Sequence record: DRR723986_20646
DNA: 33,118 nt
Direction: 5' to 3' (one strand)
This document shows, piece after piece, positions 8,621 to 17,452 of this stretch (position 1 is the first letter of the stretch; each line of letters opens with the position of its first letter). The position numbers and the translations under genes are program-made. The notes below the pieces were generated by a model, which saw only the letters and a program-made list of their open reading frames with translations, was not told the DNA's origin and did not search any database.

Positions 8621-9751
8621 TTACATCATTTCAAGAACTTTCTCAATTCGCGAACACTCTGTGTGATGATCAAAATTTAACTCAGCATAGCTTTTTGCAG
8701 ACTCAGCTTTTTGTAGTGCTTCATCCCAAGAATCGAGTGCAGAAGTAAGCGCCTCCTGATAAGTGTCTTTATTATTTGGAACAAAGTAATAACCAAACTT
8801 TGCGTCATTTAACAATTCTAATGTACCGCAAGTGTTTGAACCTAGAATCACCTTTCCACTCATCATGGCTTCAATGGTCACCATCCCAAACGTTTCCTTG
8901 GCAGAAGACATCACAAAAACATCAACACAATTATAAAATGTTGCTACATCCTTCATAAACGGCCTAAGTTTAACTATCTCATCTTTGCTTACATCTTTAT
9001 CTGTTGCTAAGGCCTGATAATATTGCTCCCATTCGCCTTCTGTTTTATTACCTACAATTAACAACTTTAGATTGGGGTAATTTTGACTTAACTCAACGGT
9101 CGCGTCTTTCACAAATTGTTGAGCTTTATGGGGGTCGATTCTACCAATTATTCCGACTACCTTATCCTCTTCTGTAAATCCAAACAATTCTCTGCCCTTA
9201 TCACGACTTAAACCATTTTTTCTAAACGCTTCTTTATCTATTGCTAAAGGAATTACATGAACTTTATTCAAATGATAATTCGTCTTGGTAGCTATTTGGT
9301 CCTTTAAATAATTCAATGGGCTAATCCAGGCATCAATTTTTCTAAACCTTATGGTGTGGATGAGGTGTTTCTTATTCACGCCTATTTGCATAGCCTGATG
9401 ATACAAAATCTTTATGCGATTAAAGGAGAAGGTTTTAGCCATCCCAATTGTGGATAGGTCACGTTTATCGCGAAACCAAACAATATCAATTTTATCTGAT
9501 TTCAGTAATTTCTTTAGTCGAAAGGCAGCTGAAAAATCAAAGTTTTTTTTGTTTCGTTTTACAAGTTGGATGGAAATGTTTGAATCAAATGAAGCCTTCC
9601 AAAGAGGAGTGTTTTCAACGCAAACCAAGATGACTTCATGACCGCGCTCTTTCATCCAGATGGCGTGGCGCAAGGTGTTCATTTCTAGACCTCCCCAACT
9701 TAATGAACTACAATAAAAAGCAATACGAAATCGGTTGCTTGGATTGGCCAT
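8621..9751 (-). CDS. Glycosyltransferase family 4 (GT-B fold)
   Basis: WGGLE N-terminal motif, GRIDPHKAQ, and ETFGMVTIEAM (E-x7-E). Confidence 0.93.
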   Translation of the reverse strand: MANPSNRFRIAFYCSSLSWGGLEMNTLRHAIWMKERGHEVILVCVENTPLWKASFDSNISIQLVKRNKKNFDFSAAFRLKKLLKSDKIDIVWFRDKRDLSTIGMAKTFSFNRIKILYHQAMQIGVNKKHLIHTIRFRKIDAWISPLNYLKDQIATKTNYHLNKVHVIPLAIDKEAFRKNGLSRDKGRELFGFTEEDKVVGIIGRIDPHKAQQFVKDATVELSQNYPNLKLLIVGNKTEGEWEQYYQALATDKDVSKDEIVKLRPFMKDVATFYNCVDVFVMSSAKETFGMVTIEAMMSGKVILGSNTCGTLELLNDAKFGYYFVPNNKDTYQEALTSALDSWDEALQKAESAKSYAELNFDHHTECSRIEKVLEMM

Positions 9752-9754
9752 ACA

Positions 9755-10690
9755 TTAAACCTGCTCTAAAAAGGCAATTCGTTTACTGATTGGTGGGTGC
9801 GTAGCAAATAATCCACTTAGTCCAGTGGCTGCCATACCATTTTCGGTTGGGTTGTTTTCAATAAACATTGATTTAACATCATCAGATGCCACATCATCCA
9901 CCGTGGATTGGCCTGAAATCTTTCTTAAAGCAGAAGCCAAAGCGTCTGGACGTTTCGTCATTTCTACGGCCCCAGCATCAGCCATAAATTCTCGTTTTCT
10001 AGATAAAGCAAACTTGAATAAAATAGTCAGTAAATAAGCCACAGCACTGACAACAAGAATAATTAGCATCAATCTTCCATCTTGCTTTTTACGGCTTCTT
10101 CCGCCTCCGCCCCACAACATAGATCTAAACGCCACTTGAACAACAAAACCAAGAATCCCAACAAAAATTATTGAGATGATTAAAAGTCGAACATCCTTAT
10201 TTTGAATATGTGCTAATTCGTGAGCAATTACCCCTTCGAGCTCTGCGTCATCTAATTTGTCAATAATTCCACGAGTTAAAGTAACTGCATAGGTTTTTTC
10301 GTTAAGCCCTGAAGCAAAAGCATTCAAAGCAGAAGATTCCATTATGAAAATTTTTGGCAATTTCATCCCTTGCGACATGCACAAATTTTCTACAAGGTTA
10401 TATACCCGCATATTCTCTTTACGTTCAAGCGGTTTAGACTTGGTAGCAAATTGAATCATTTTAGAATGGAACAAGAAGGCTATTAAAAACCAAATTCCTA
10501 TAGCGCCAACGACTATTGGAAGCACCATTAAAAACTCGCGTTGGATATATTCGTCCCAAACACCATTATTCATCAAGAAAAAAACGAGCCATACTGCTCC
10601 GAGAATCACTGCAGGAAAACCGATCAACAATAAAGTAGATTTGGTGTTGTTGCTTCGTATTTGCCCGTGAAGTCCTTTGTAACCAGCCAC
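9755..10690 (-). CDS. htpX: M48 zinc metalloprotease, HtpX-like
   Basis: NAFASG, AHELAH (HExxH), SRKREFMADAGA and FATHPP; GTG start; directly follows lemA. Confidence 0.92.
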   Translation of the reverse strand: MAGYKGLHGQIRSNNTKSTLLLIGFPAVILGAVWLVFFLMNNGVWDEYIQREFLMVLPIVVGAIGIWFLIAFLFHSKMIQFATKSKPLERKENMRVYNLVENLCMSQGMKLPKIFIMESSALNAFASGLNEKTYAVTLTRGIIDKLDDAELEGVIAHELAHIQNKDVRLLIISIIFVGILGFVVQVAFRSMLWGGGGRSRKKQDGRLMLIILVVSAVAYLLTILFKFALSRKREFMADAGAVEMTKRPDALASALRKISGQSTVDDVASDDVKSMFIENNPTENGMAATGLSGLFATHPPISKRIAFLEQV

Positions 10691-10700
10691 AAACTAAGAA

Positions 10701-11264
10701 TTAAAATTCAACCTTAGGTGCTTGATCTAACTCTTCTCTTTGAACAACGCCTAAATCGAAATAAGGCTCTTGTCCAAACTTAAACATGCCAGCAATAATG
10801 TTGCTAGGAAACTTTTGAACACCGTTATTCAATTCTTTTGTAGCAGAGTTAAAGAACCTTCTTACTGCAGCTAGTTTGTTTTCAATATCAGACATTTCAT
10901 TCTGAAGCTGCATAAAGTTTTGATTAGATTTTAAATCAGGATAAGCCTCCATTTGCATAGAAAACTGTGACATAGCTCCTGATAATGCTACCTCGGCAGC
11001 AATTTTATCGTTTACCGTACCTGCTGACATTGCTCTGTTTCTGGCTTGAGTCACCTGCGTTAACACACTTTCTTCTTGCTTAGCGTATCCCTTAACGGTT
11101 GCCACCAATTGTGGAATCAAATCATGACGTTGTTTTAATTGAACATCAATGTCTGCAAACGCATTTTCACGATTATTCTTAAGGCTAACAAGCTTATTAT
11201 ATATGGCGATAAACCATATCAATAAAATAACCACTACTCCTAAAACTATCCAAATTGGGTTCAT
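10701..11264 (-). CDS. lemA: LemA family protein
   Basis: N-terminal TM, IDVQLKQRHDLIPQLV, EAYPDLKSNQNF and FPSNIIA. Confidence 0.96.
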   Translation of the reverse strand: MNPIWIVLGVVVILLIWFIAIYNKLVSLKNNRENAFADIDVQLKQRHDLIPQLVATVKGYAKQEESVLTQVTQARNRAMSAGTVNDKIAAEVALSGAMSQFSMQMEAYPDLKSNQNFMQLQNEMSDIENKLAAVRRFFNSATKELNNGVQKFPSNIIAGMFKFGQEPYFDLGVVQREELDQAPKVEF

Positions 11265-11379
11265 CTGATTCTTATTATTTAATTAATTGACTAAATGAAT
11301 TTATTCTAAATATAGCAAAATTTCATGCTAAACATAAAATATCATTTAATAAGAAGGACGTTTGAGAACAATAAAAATG

Positions 11380-12567
11380 CTACTCCACTAGAAGTTTGTG
11401 CTGAAAACCTGCTGCCGTTATTACATAAACCCCAGGAGTTATACCTTCGGGAATTGAGAAGAAAAGGCTTTCATTTTTAACTACAATCGCTTGCTGGATT
11501 TTGATTTCTCTTCCTTTTAAATCAAGCAGATGGATATCAACTTCACCTTTAACGCTTTCTGGAAATAACAACACAATCTCTCTATCAGTCTTCACGGGGT
11601 TGGGATAAATTTTAATCCCTGCAAGATCCTCATTGGTCACCGAAACAGGCGTAAATTCCTTTGCGTCTCCATTGAAATCAGTTTGTGTTAACCTATAATA
11701 TGATGTTCCAGAATAAGGCTCGTTATCTATTATTTGGTATTCTTGGCGTGTAGCGCTATTACCATAAGATGGTACTTTTTCCACCTCGATCCATGAAACT
11801 CCATCTTTACTTTTTTCGATCGTAAAATAATCATTGTCTTGCTCTGAAGAGGTCACCCACCTGACATCAACACTTCTTTCATCATAGGTCTTATCCGCAT
11901 TAAAACTAAGTAGACCTATTGGTAAGGCTGAGCAATCTATTCCCGCATAAATCAGGTTGTCTAGACTCGTTTTATTAGCACCATTTCCATCTAAACCATT
12001 ACCAATTGTAATATTTCCAGAACCAACCCAATACATAGCCCTGTTATCTGGCCCGTCATTACTCCAAACAACTACACCATCAACCATTACCGCTCCAAAC
12101 CCATCACACTCTGTATAGAAAAATCGATAATTTCTAAAAGTATCATCATTAGGAAGGGCGTATACATTGCCTGAATTAACGGTATTAAATCCACCAGCCC
12201 CATCATCTACACGGTATGAAACTGACAAGTTAGCTATGCCGTTAATTCGAAGGCTAGACCCTCGTTGAAAAAAAGTTCCTGAACTTTCATCCCTTTGAAA
12301 GTCGAAAGACACATCTACCCCTTCAACATCAAAAGATGCATCAGTGGGAATAATCATGTTTATATTCAATTTTGGAAGGCCAGAATTTAACCCGTTTGTA
12401 CCACCAACGCCATTGACATCAGAGGTAGCGCTACTTGAAATACTTGAGGCGTCAGGGCCTAAAAGAGCGGTTGTAACAGGATTACTGTCAAAGGTAAACT
12501 GACTGATTATTTGAGCCTGAGTGTTGTGGAATGAAATCAACAAGGCGAGGGCAATAAAAAACTTCAT
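11380..12567 (-). CDS. T9SS type A secreted protein with a possible LamG/ConA-like N-terminal domain
   Basis: Signal peptide (AQA/Q), Gly/Asn-rich beta domain, LPIGLLSF...W.TSSE.DNDYF...YYRL.QTDFNG Ig-like module, IYPNP...GVY C-terminal domain. Confidence 0.88.
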   Translation of the reverse strand: MKFFIALALLISFHNTQAQIISQFTFDSNPVTTALLGPDASSISSSATSDVNGVGGTNGLNSGLPKLNINMIIPTDASFDVEGVDVSFDFQRDESSGTFFQRGSSLRINGIANLSVSYRVDDGAGGFNTVNSGNVYALPNDDTFRNYRFFYTECDGFGAVMVDGVVVWSNDGPDNRAMYWVGSGNITIGNGLDGNGANKTSLDNLIYAGIDCSALPIGLLSFNADKTYDERSVDVRWVTSSEQDNDYFTIEKSKDGVSWIEVEKVPSYGNSATRQEYQIIDNEPYSGTSYYRLTQTDFNGDAKEFTPVSVTNEDLAGIKIYPNPVKTDREIVLLFPESVKGEVDIHLLDLKGREIKIQQAIVVKNESLFFSIPEGITPGVYVITAAGFQHKLLVE

Positions 12568-12588
12568 AGGTAGTAGGTTCTACCGTTT

Positions 12589-12615
12589 AGACGAAATAAT
12601 TAGTTTCAAGGTTTC
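12589..12615 (-). promoter_or_regulatory. ECF-sigma-type promoter GAAAC-N17-CGTCT
   Basis: Minus strand GAAAC CTTGAAACTAATTATTT CGTCT, 21 nt before the ATG at 12567. Confidence 0.6.
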
Positions 12616-12646
12616 GTCAACCTTCAAGAAAATTCAACAAAGAACC

Positions 12647-13630
12647 CTACTCATTAATAATCAATGGTATTACTTGATTCTGCCATTCTATAAAATAGAT
12701 CCCCGAGCCATTTAATTGCGAAGCATCAAGAATATATGAACGACTTTGTAGATCTTTTTCTTCAATGAAGTACACTTCCTTTCCATCAATAGTGAAAATT
12801 TTAACTAGTAAATCGCCTGTAATTAATTCAGGAAACACAATTATTACTTGCTCATGCTCGTTAGCGGGGTTTGGATAAACATTCAGTTCTGAGTTTATAT
12901 TGTTTTGCACACTCACAATAGGAGAATAAGCAAAGTCTCCGTTAAAGTCAGTTTGCTTTAACCTATAATAGATAACACCTTGAAAAGGCTCATAATCTCT
13001 AGCCGAATATTTTAAAGTTCCCGAACTGTTACCTGCTCCTTTCTTAACACATACCGTAGTCCAATTTTGAGCGTCTGAACTTCTTTGCACCGTGAAAAAA
13101 TCATTATTCGACTCTGATTTTGTTTGCCATAAGAGATCTACCCTTCGGTCTTTAACATTTTTAATTGCCGTAAATGAGATTAGTTCAATTGGCAAGGTGT
13201 TACAACCCCCATCACACAGCTCTGAAGGACCATTTAAGTCACCACCAGAAGCATTCCAATATTGGTTTCCACAAGTTTCTATATATGTTGAAGAACCCCC
13301 TCCAGAACCTACACCAACACTTCCTCCGTTACCAACATAAACATCAGAATCACAAGGTAATTTTAATTTTTTTCCGTTTTGAAATTCAAGTCTGCCTGAA
13401 ATTAAGATAATGATAGAATCAAGTCCCGGGCTGCAACCTTCAAGATTCTGAGTTGAAGTTATGTCAATCTGAATTCCAGCAGGAATCACAATTGTATCGA
13501 AGCAACCAGGCGCACCATTGTCCCAGTTTGAGTTCTCAGTCCAATCTCCAGAAGATGTTGCCGTAGTTGTAGAAGAGCTTGCAGTGAGAGCAGCACAAAC
13601 CACAAACACAATTAACAGTAGAGTTTTCAT
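12647..13630 (-). CDS. T9SS type A secreted protein with a Cys/Gly-rich (G8-like start) N-terminal domain
   Basis: Signal peptide, SGDW...W..G.P...D.IVIPAG, LPIELISF...YYRLKQTDFNG module, VYPNP...GIY C-terminal domain. Confidence 0.88.
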   Translation of the reverse strand: MKTLLLIVFVVCAALTASSSTTTATSSGDWTENSNWDNGAPGCFDTIVIPAGIQIDITSTQNLEGCSPGLDSIIILISGRLEFQNGKKLKLPCDSDVYVGNGGSVGVGSGGGSSTYIETCGNQYWNASGGDLNGPSELCDGGCNTLPIELISFTAIKNVKDRRVDLLWQTKSESNNDFFTVQRSSDAQNWTTVCVKKGAGNSSGTLKYSARDYEPFQGVIYYRLKQTDFNGDFAYSPIVSVQNNINSELNVYPNPANEHEQVIIVFPELITGDLLVKIFTIDGKEVYFIEEKDLQSRSYILDASQLNGSGIYFIEWQNQVIPLIINE

Positions 13631-13657
13631 AGTTAATCGATTAACGATTATACTCTA

Positions 13658-13683
13658 AGATGCAATTCGTAACAAATGGTTGT
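13658..13683 (-). promoter_or_regulatory. ECF-sigma-type promoter ACAAC-N16-CATCT
   Basis: Minus strand ACAAC CATTTGTTACGAATTG CATCT, 27 nt before the ATG at 13630. Confidence 0.45.
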
Positions 13684-13730
13684 AATTCCCGCAAAATTAA
13701 ACCGAAAAAACCGAATTAATTACTCAGTTG

Positions 13731-16061
13731 TTATTTCTTTTTTCTAGAGTAGCGGTAGAATAAAAGACCACTTACCAAGATAAAAAAAAAGCTTCCGCCA
13801 CCTATATAGAAAACGTTCGTCCAATATTTTTTGTCTGCTTCATTTTGCAGATAATCAAGGTAAGCCTTATTCCCATATGAGGGTGATGGGGATTCATGAG
13901 CCCAAGTCTCAATTCCAGCTACTGAAGAGTCTGGATGGCACAACGCCAATGTAAACGCGCTGTCTGGTTCGGTAATATTTTCTTTAAAAGTCAAAGAGTC
14001 TACCATCAACCCTTCTTTGTCATATAATTTTAATAATTCACCTCTTGTAGATAAGCCAAAATCAAAATCGCCAATTGCCACTATACTATCAGCTGAATAC
14101 AGCCCTCTGAATTTTATAAGATTCTCAGTCAATACCAAATAACCTTTTGAGGCAACTTCAGTGCCATCTGGAATGACAAACCTTTTCTTAAAACTTTTAT
14201 CGGTAAAACCCCAACCACTGATGTCAACGCTCTTTAAAGAGTTATTATAAAGCTCCACCCAATCACCTGTTGTATCGCCTTCAGGCTGGTAATAATTTAT
14301 TTCATTAAAAATAATACTGTCAGCAAAAGGGCTTTTTTTCTTTGGTTGAATAATCGGTACGAGTGCTAAATCTCCCTCTGGAACAATTTGTAATGCTGTT
14401 GATGTGCTCTTATTATTTTCCCATCCCACAAATTCGTAATCATGCTTAGGCTTAACCGTAATATCTACAGCCACGCCTTCAAAATAAATCCCCTCGAATG
14501 ACCTTTCTAAATCCAAAGAATTAAACTTTATATCACACACATCAGTGCCTGGATGCTGAATGTTAATCATAACGGTATCCTTGAGGTTAAACTTTTGCAT
14601 GATATGATCTCTCACATGGAATGGGCGTAAGGCAATAAATTTTTTCAGAATCCCCATATGATGTTTCCAGTTTTTATAAGAAGATCCCCAACGTTTTTGA
14701 TGAAATTCCATTTCTGGGTCTATTACGGCTTCCATAGAATTTAACAACCTCAATGCCGTATCAGGGTGATAAATCGTATTGAGATGGTCAGCAAATGTGT
14801 TGATGTATTGACGCTCTACTTCCTTATTCTTCAATAAACTTCTGATGATAAAAGTAGACCACGCCGGATCAGGCCAAGCCTCTGCATTGGCGTTTGTAAA
14901 CTTTCTAAGTGTGTTGTTTTTATATCCAGAAGGATTGTTGTTTCCTAATCCTAAATCTAAATCATAAAAAACCCAACGCCATTGAGCAGAATCATTTCTT
15001 TCTCTCCAATATCGAATGTTCCCTCCTGCATCTCTGTTGTCTGAATACACCTCAGCTATATTGTACCTGATATAATCATCAACATCCATAAACACTCTTA
15101 AATCTGCAACTTTTTGATCGTCACTTAAATCATTGTTTCTCAAGTAAGCCAGTAGTTTTTTATAGTTTGTTGAATAACCATGGCGCTTAACACCATTATG
15201 CCTTAAGATGTCTACATTGTCTTTGTCTACACCAAAGTTTGCTTTCAGATAATGCTCAGAAATTTTTTCTCTCAGGTTTTGAATTCCCCAATATTCCCCA
15301 TTGATAAAAACTACAGCTGGTCGATATGCTTGTATTGCAACGCCAGATGGCTTAGCTAATTGAGTCATAAAAGCGTCTCGTAAATGCGTCCTTAAAAAAT
15401 CACCTCCTGAATTTCTTAATATAAACGACTTGTATTTTTTTGATTTTCGCTCAGGAAAGATTTGATACCTGATGCGTGTGTCACCATACCTGCTTCGCGC
15501 AAAAATTGCCAAGGATTTTTGAGGCAGCATTCGACTAAATCCTCCAAACAAATTAATCCCTACATTTTGATTAAAACACAGCTCGCCGTTTTCATCATAC
15601 ATTTCGATATTAGCCGGTTTTTCCCAATCCATCCAATAATTAGCGCCCACATAAGGCTCAATCGTATCTGCACAACAACCTTTAACATAAATGCCTCTGT
15701 CAAAATCCCATAAATTGTTAGGGTTTGTAGCGATAGAAACTACTGGTAAAGTATAAGGTCTATCACAAATAAACGTATTGGTAATGACACTTGTACGCTT
15801 GCCATTTTTTACAGCAAACGCTCTAATAACTGCTGTTTTTTCAACTTGAATAGGTTTTTTATATCTGAAAGATTCAGAGCCGGGATAAGAGCCATCTAAC
15901 GAATAATAAATGGTTGAGCCTTCCTCTGCGAAAAGTTCAACAGAAACAGGGCTATCATGCACTCCGCCTTGAGGTTCAAACCTCACCGTGTTCTCGTCTT
16001 GACTCCACAACAAACAAGAACTAAACGTAATCAATATGGCTACAATGTGTTTCAGATGCAT
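13731..16061 (-). CDS. CotH-family kinase with N-terminal Fn3-associated/chitobiase-like domain, lamin-tail domain and C-terminal TM anchor
   Basis: IYYSLDGS.P, PQKSLAIFAR, LRNSGGD, NGEYWGI..LREK, W.WVFYDLD, FNEINY...DWVELYN (lamin tail), then a hydrophobic tail plus YRYSRKKK. Confidence 0.88.
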   Translation of the reverse strand: MHLKHIVAILITFSSCLLWSQDENTVRFEPQGGVHDSPVSVELFAEEGSTIYYSLDGSYPGSESFRYKKPIQVEKTAVIRAFAVKNGKRTSVITNTFICDRPYTLPVVSIATNPNNLWDFDRGIYVKGCCADTIEPYVGANYWMDWEKPANIEMYDENGELCFNQNVGINLFGGFSRMLPQKSLAIFARSRYGDTRIRYQIFPERKSKKYKSFILRNSGGDFLRTHLRDAFMTQLAKPSGVAIQAYRPAVVFINGEYWGIQNLREKISEHYLKANFGVDKDNVDILRHNGVKRHGYSTNYKKLLAYLRNNDLSDDQKVADLRVFMDVDDYIRYNIAEVYSDNRDAGGNIRYWRERNDSAQWRWVFYDLDLGLGNNNPSGYKNNTLRKFTNANAEAWPDPAWSTFIIRSLLKNKEVERQYINTFADHLNTIYHPDTALRLLNSMEAVIDPEMEFHQKRWGSSYKNWKHHMGILKKFIALRPFHVRDHIMQKFNLKDTVMINIQHPGTDVCDIKFNSLDLERSFEGIYFEGVAVDITVKPKHDYEFVGWENNKSTSTALQIVPEGDLALVPIIQPKKKSPFADSIIFNEINYYQPEGDTTGDWVELYNNSLKSVDISGWGFTDKSFKKRFVIPDGTEVASKGYLVLTENLIKFRGLYSADSIVAIGDFDFGLSTRGELLKLYDKEGLMVDSLTFKENITEPDSAFTLALCHPDSSVAGIETWAHESPSPSYGNKAYLDYLQNEADKKYWTNVFYIGGGSFFFILVSGLLFYRYSRKKK

Positions 16062-16259
16062 AAATCTAAGAGTAAAATTAACTTATTCAAGTTTAGAATG
16101 TGCTTCTATGAAATGCTTTTTATTAGGTGCGCATTGTTAGGTATTATTTGAACTGCCCGATTTTAATCTCGAATATCTCGTTAATCATCAAATAATAAAA
16201 AGCCCTTGATATGCTAACTATTTAGGCCCAACTTCGTAGAGTTAATCAAATCTAAGTTT

Positions 16260-17396
16260 ATGAAAACCGCTTTGTTTATTATTGTTTTGTTTGTTTCGGC
16301 AACCAGTTTTTCACAAAAAGTTGATTCAAGTAATCAAGAATTAAGCTTCATTTTTATTGGAGATATTATGGGGCATGGACCTCAAATCACATCTGCTTAT
16401 GACAGTGAAACTAAAACTTATAATTACAACAAGTGTTTTAAATACATCACAGATGAAATTTCTGAGCCAGACTATGCTATTGGTAATCTAGAAGTTACAT
16501 TAGCAGGTCCTCCATTTAAAGGCTATCCGCAATTTAGTTCGCCTGATGAGCTAGCTGTAGCCTGTAAAAATTCAGGAATGGATGTATTGGTGACCTCTAA
16601 CAATCACAGCTGCGATAGAGGAGGAGATGGAATAATCAGAACTGTAGAAGTGTTAGATTCTTTAAATATAATTCATACCGGAACATTCGTTAATGAGCAA
16701 GACCGTTCAGATAGATATCCTTTAATCATAGAATCTGATTGCATGAGAATTGCCATTTTGAATTACACTTATGGTACCAATGGTTTGCCTTATCCTGAAC
16801 CCACCATTGTCAACATGATTGATAAAGAGTTGATGAAAAAGGACCTGGAAATGGCAAAATCTAAAAACGTAGATAAGATTATTGTTCTCACTCATTGGGG
16901 AAGTGAGTATAAGCTTCAGCCTGTTCAATATCAAATAGAGCATGGTGAGTTTCTTTTTGAAAATGGTGCCGACATCATTATTGGTTCACATCCACATGTT
17001 CTAGAAAAAATGGTTTGGGAAAAATCAACCGTTGAGAAAGACGGAGAATCATTAATCGTTTATTCATTAGGAAATTTCGTATCTAATCAGAGAAAAAGAT
17101 ACACGGATGGTGGCGCTATGTTTAAAATGACCCTGAAAAAAGAAGGCAATACCACCTCTATTAAAGACGCAGGATATATGCTTACCTGGGTTTATACACC
17201 CATTGAAAACGGTAAAAAGGAGTATTATATTCTACCAGCTTCAAAGTATGAAGAAAACGAGTCCTTCTTTAACTCAGAGTCAGATTATTTAAAGATGAAA
17301 TCCTTTATAAAAGATTCTCGAGACTTGTTTGATGCTGAAAACATGAACGTTCCTGAATATAAATATCTAGATGGAAAATGGATTCTGACTGAATAA
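16260..17396 (+). CDS. CapA/PgsA (PGA_cap) family metallophosphoesterase
   Basis: GDIMGH, GNLE, NNHSCD, HWGSEY, GSHPHV and YSLGNF motifs; signal peptide. Confidence 0.93.
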   Translation: MKTALFIIVLFVSATSFSQKVDSSNQELSFIFIGDIMGHGPQITSAYDSETKTYNYNKCFKYITDEISEPDYAIGNLEVTLAGPPFKGYPQFSSPDELAVACKNSGMDVLVTSNNHSCDRGGDGIIRTVEVLDSLNIIHTGTFVNEQDRSDRYPLIIESDCMRIAILNYTYGTNGLPYPEPTIVNMIDKELMKKDLEMAKSKNVDKIIVLTHWGSEYKLQPVQYQIEHGEFLFENGADIIIGSHPHVLEKMVWEKSTVEKDGESLIVYSLGNFVSNQRKRYTDGGAMFKMTLKKEGNTTSIKDAGYMLTWVYTPIENGKKEYYILPASKYEENESFFNSESDYLKMKSFIKDSRDLFDAENMNVPEYKYLDGKWILTE

Positions 17397-17432
17397 AAAA
17401 GGCGCAACCCTATTTATGAGCTACGCCTTTTT
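17395..17432 (-). terminator. Intrinsic terminator between convergent genes, stronger on the minus strand
   Basis: Minus-strand RNA forms a 10-bp stem GGCGUAGCUC/GGGUUGCGCC (3 G-U pairs) followed by U6. A/T tracts flank both sides. Confidence 0.8.
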
Positions 17433-17452
17433 ACGATTTAATTAAACGCTTG

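Noticed and set aside
16260-17396. Poly-gamma-glutamate capsule locus
   Set aside because: No capB/capC nearby; stand-alone CapA-family proteins are common.
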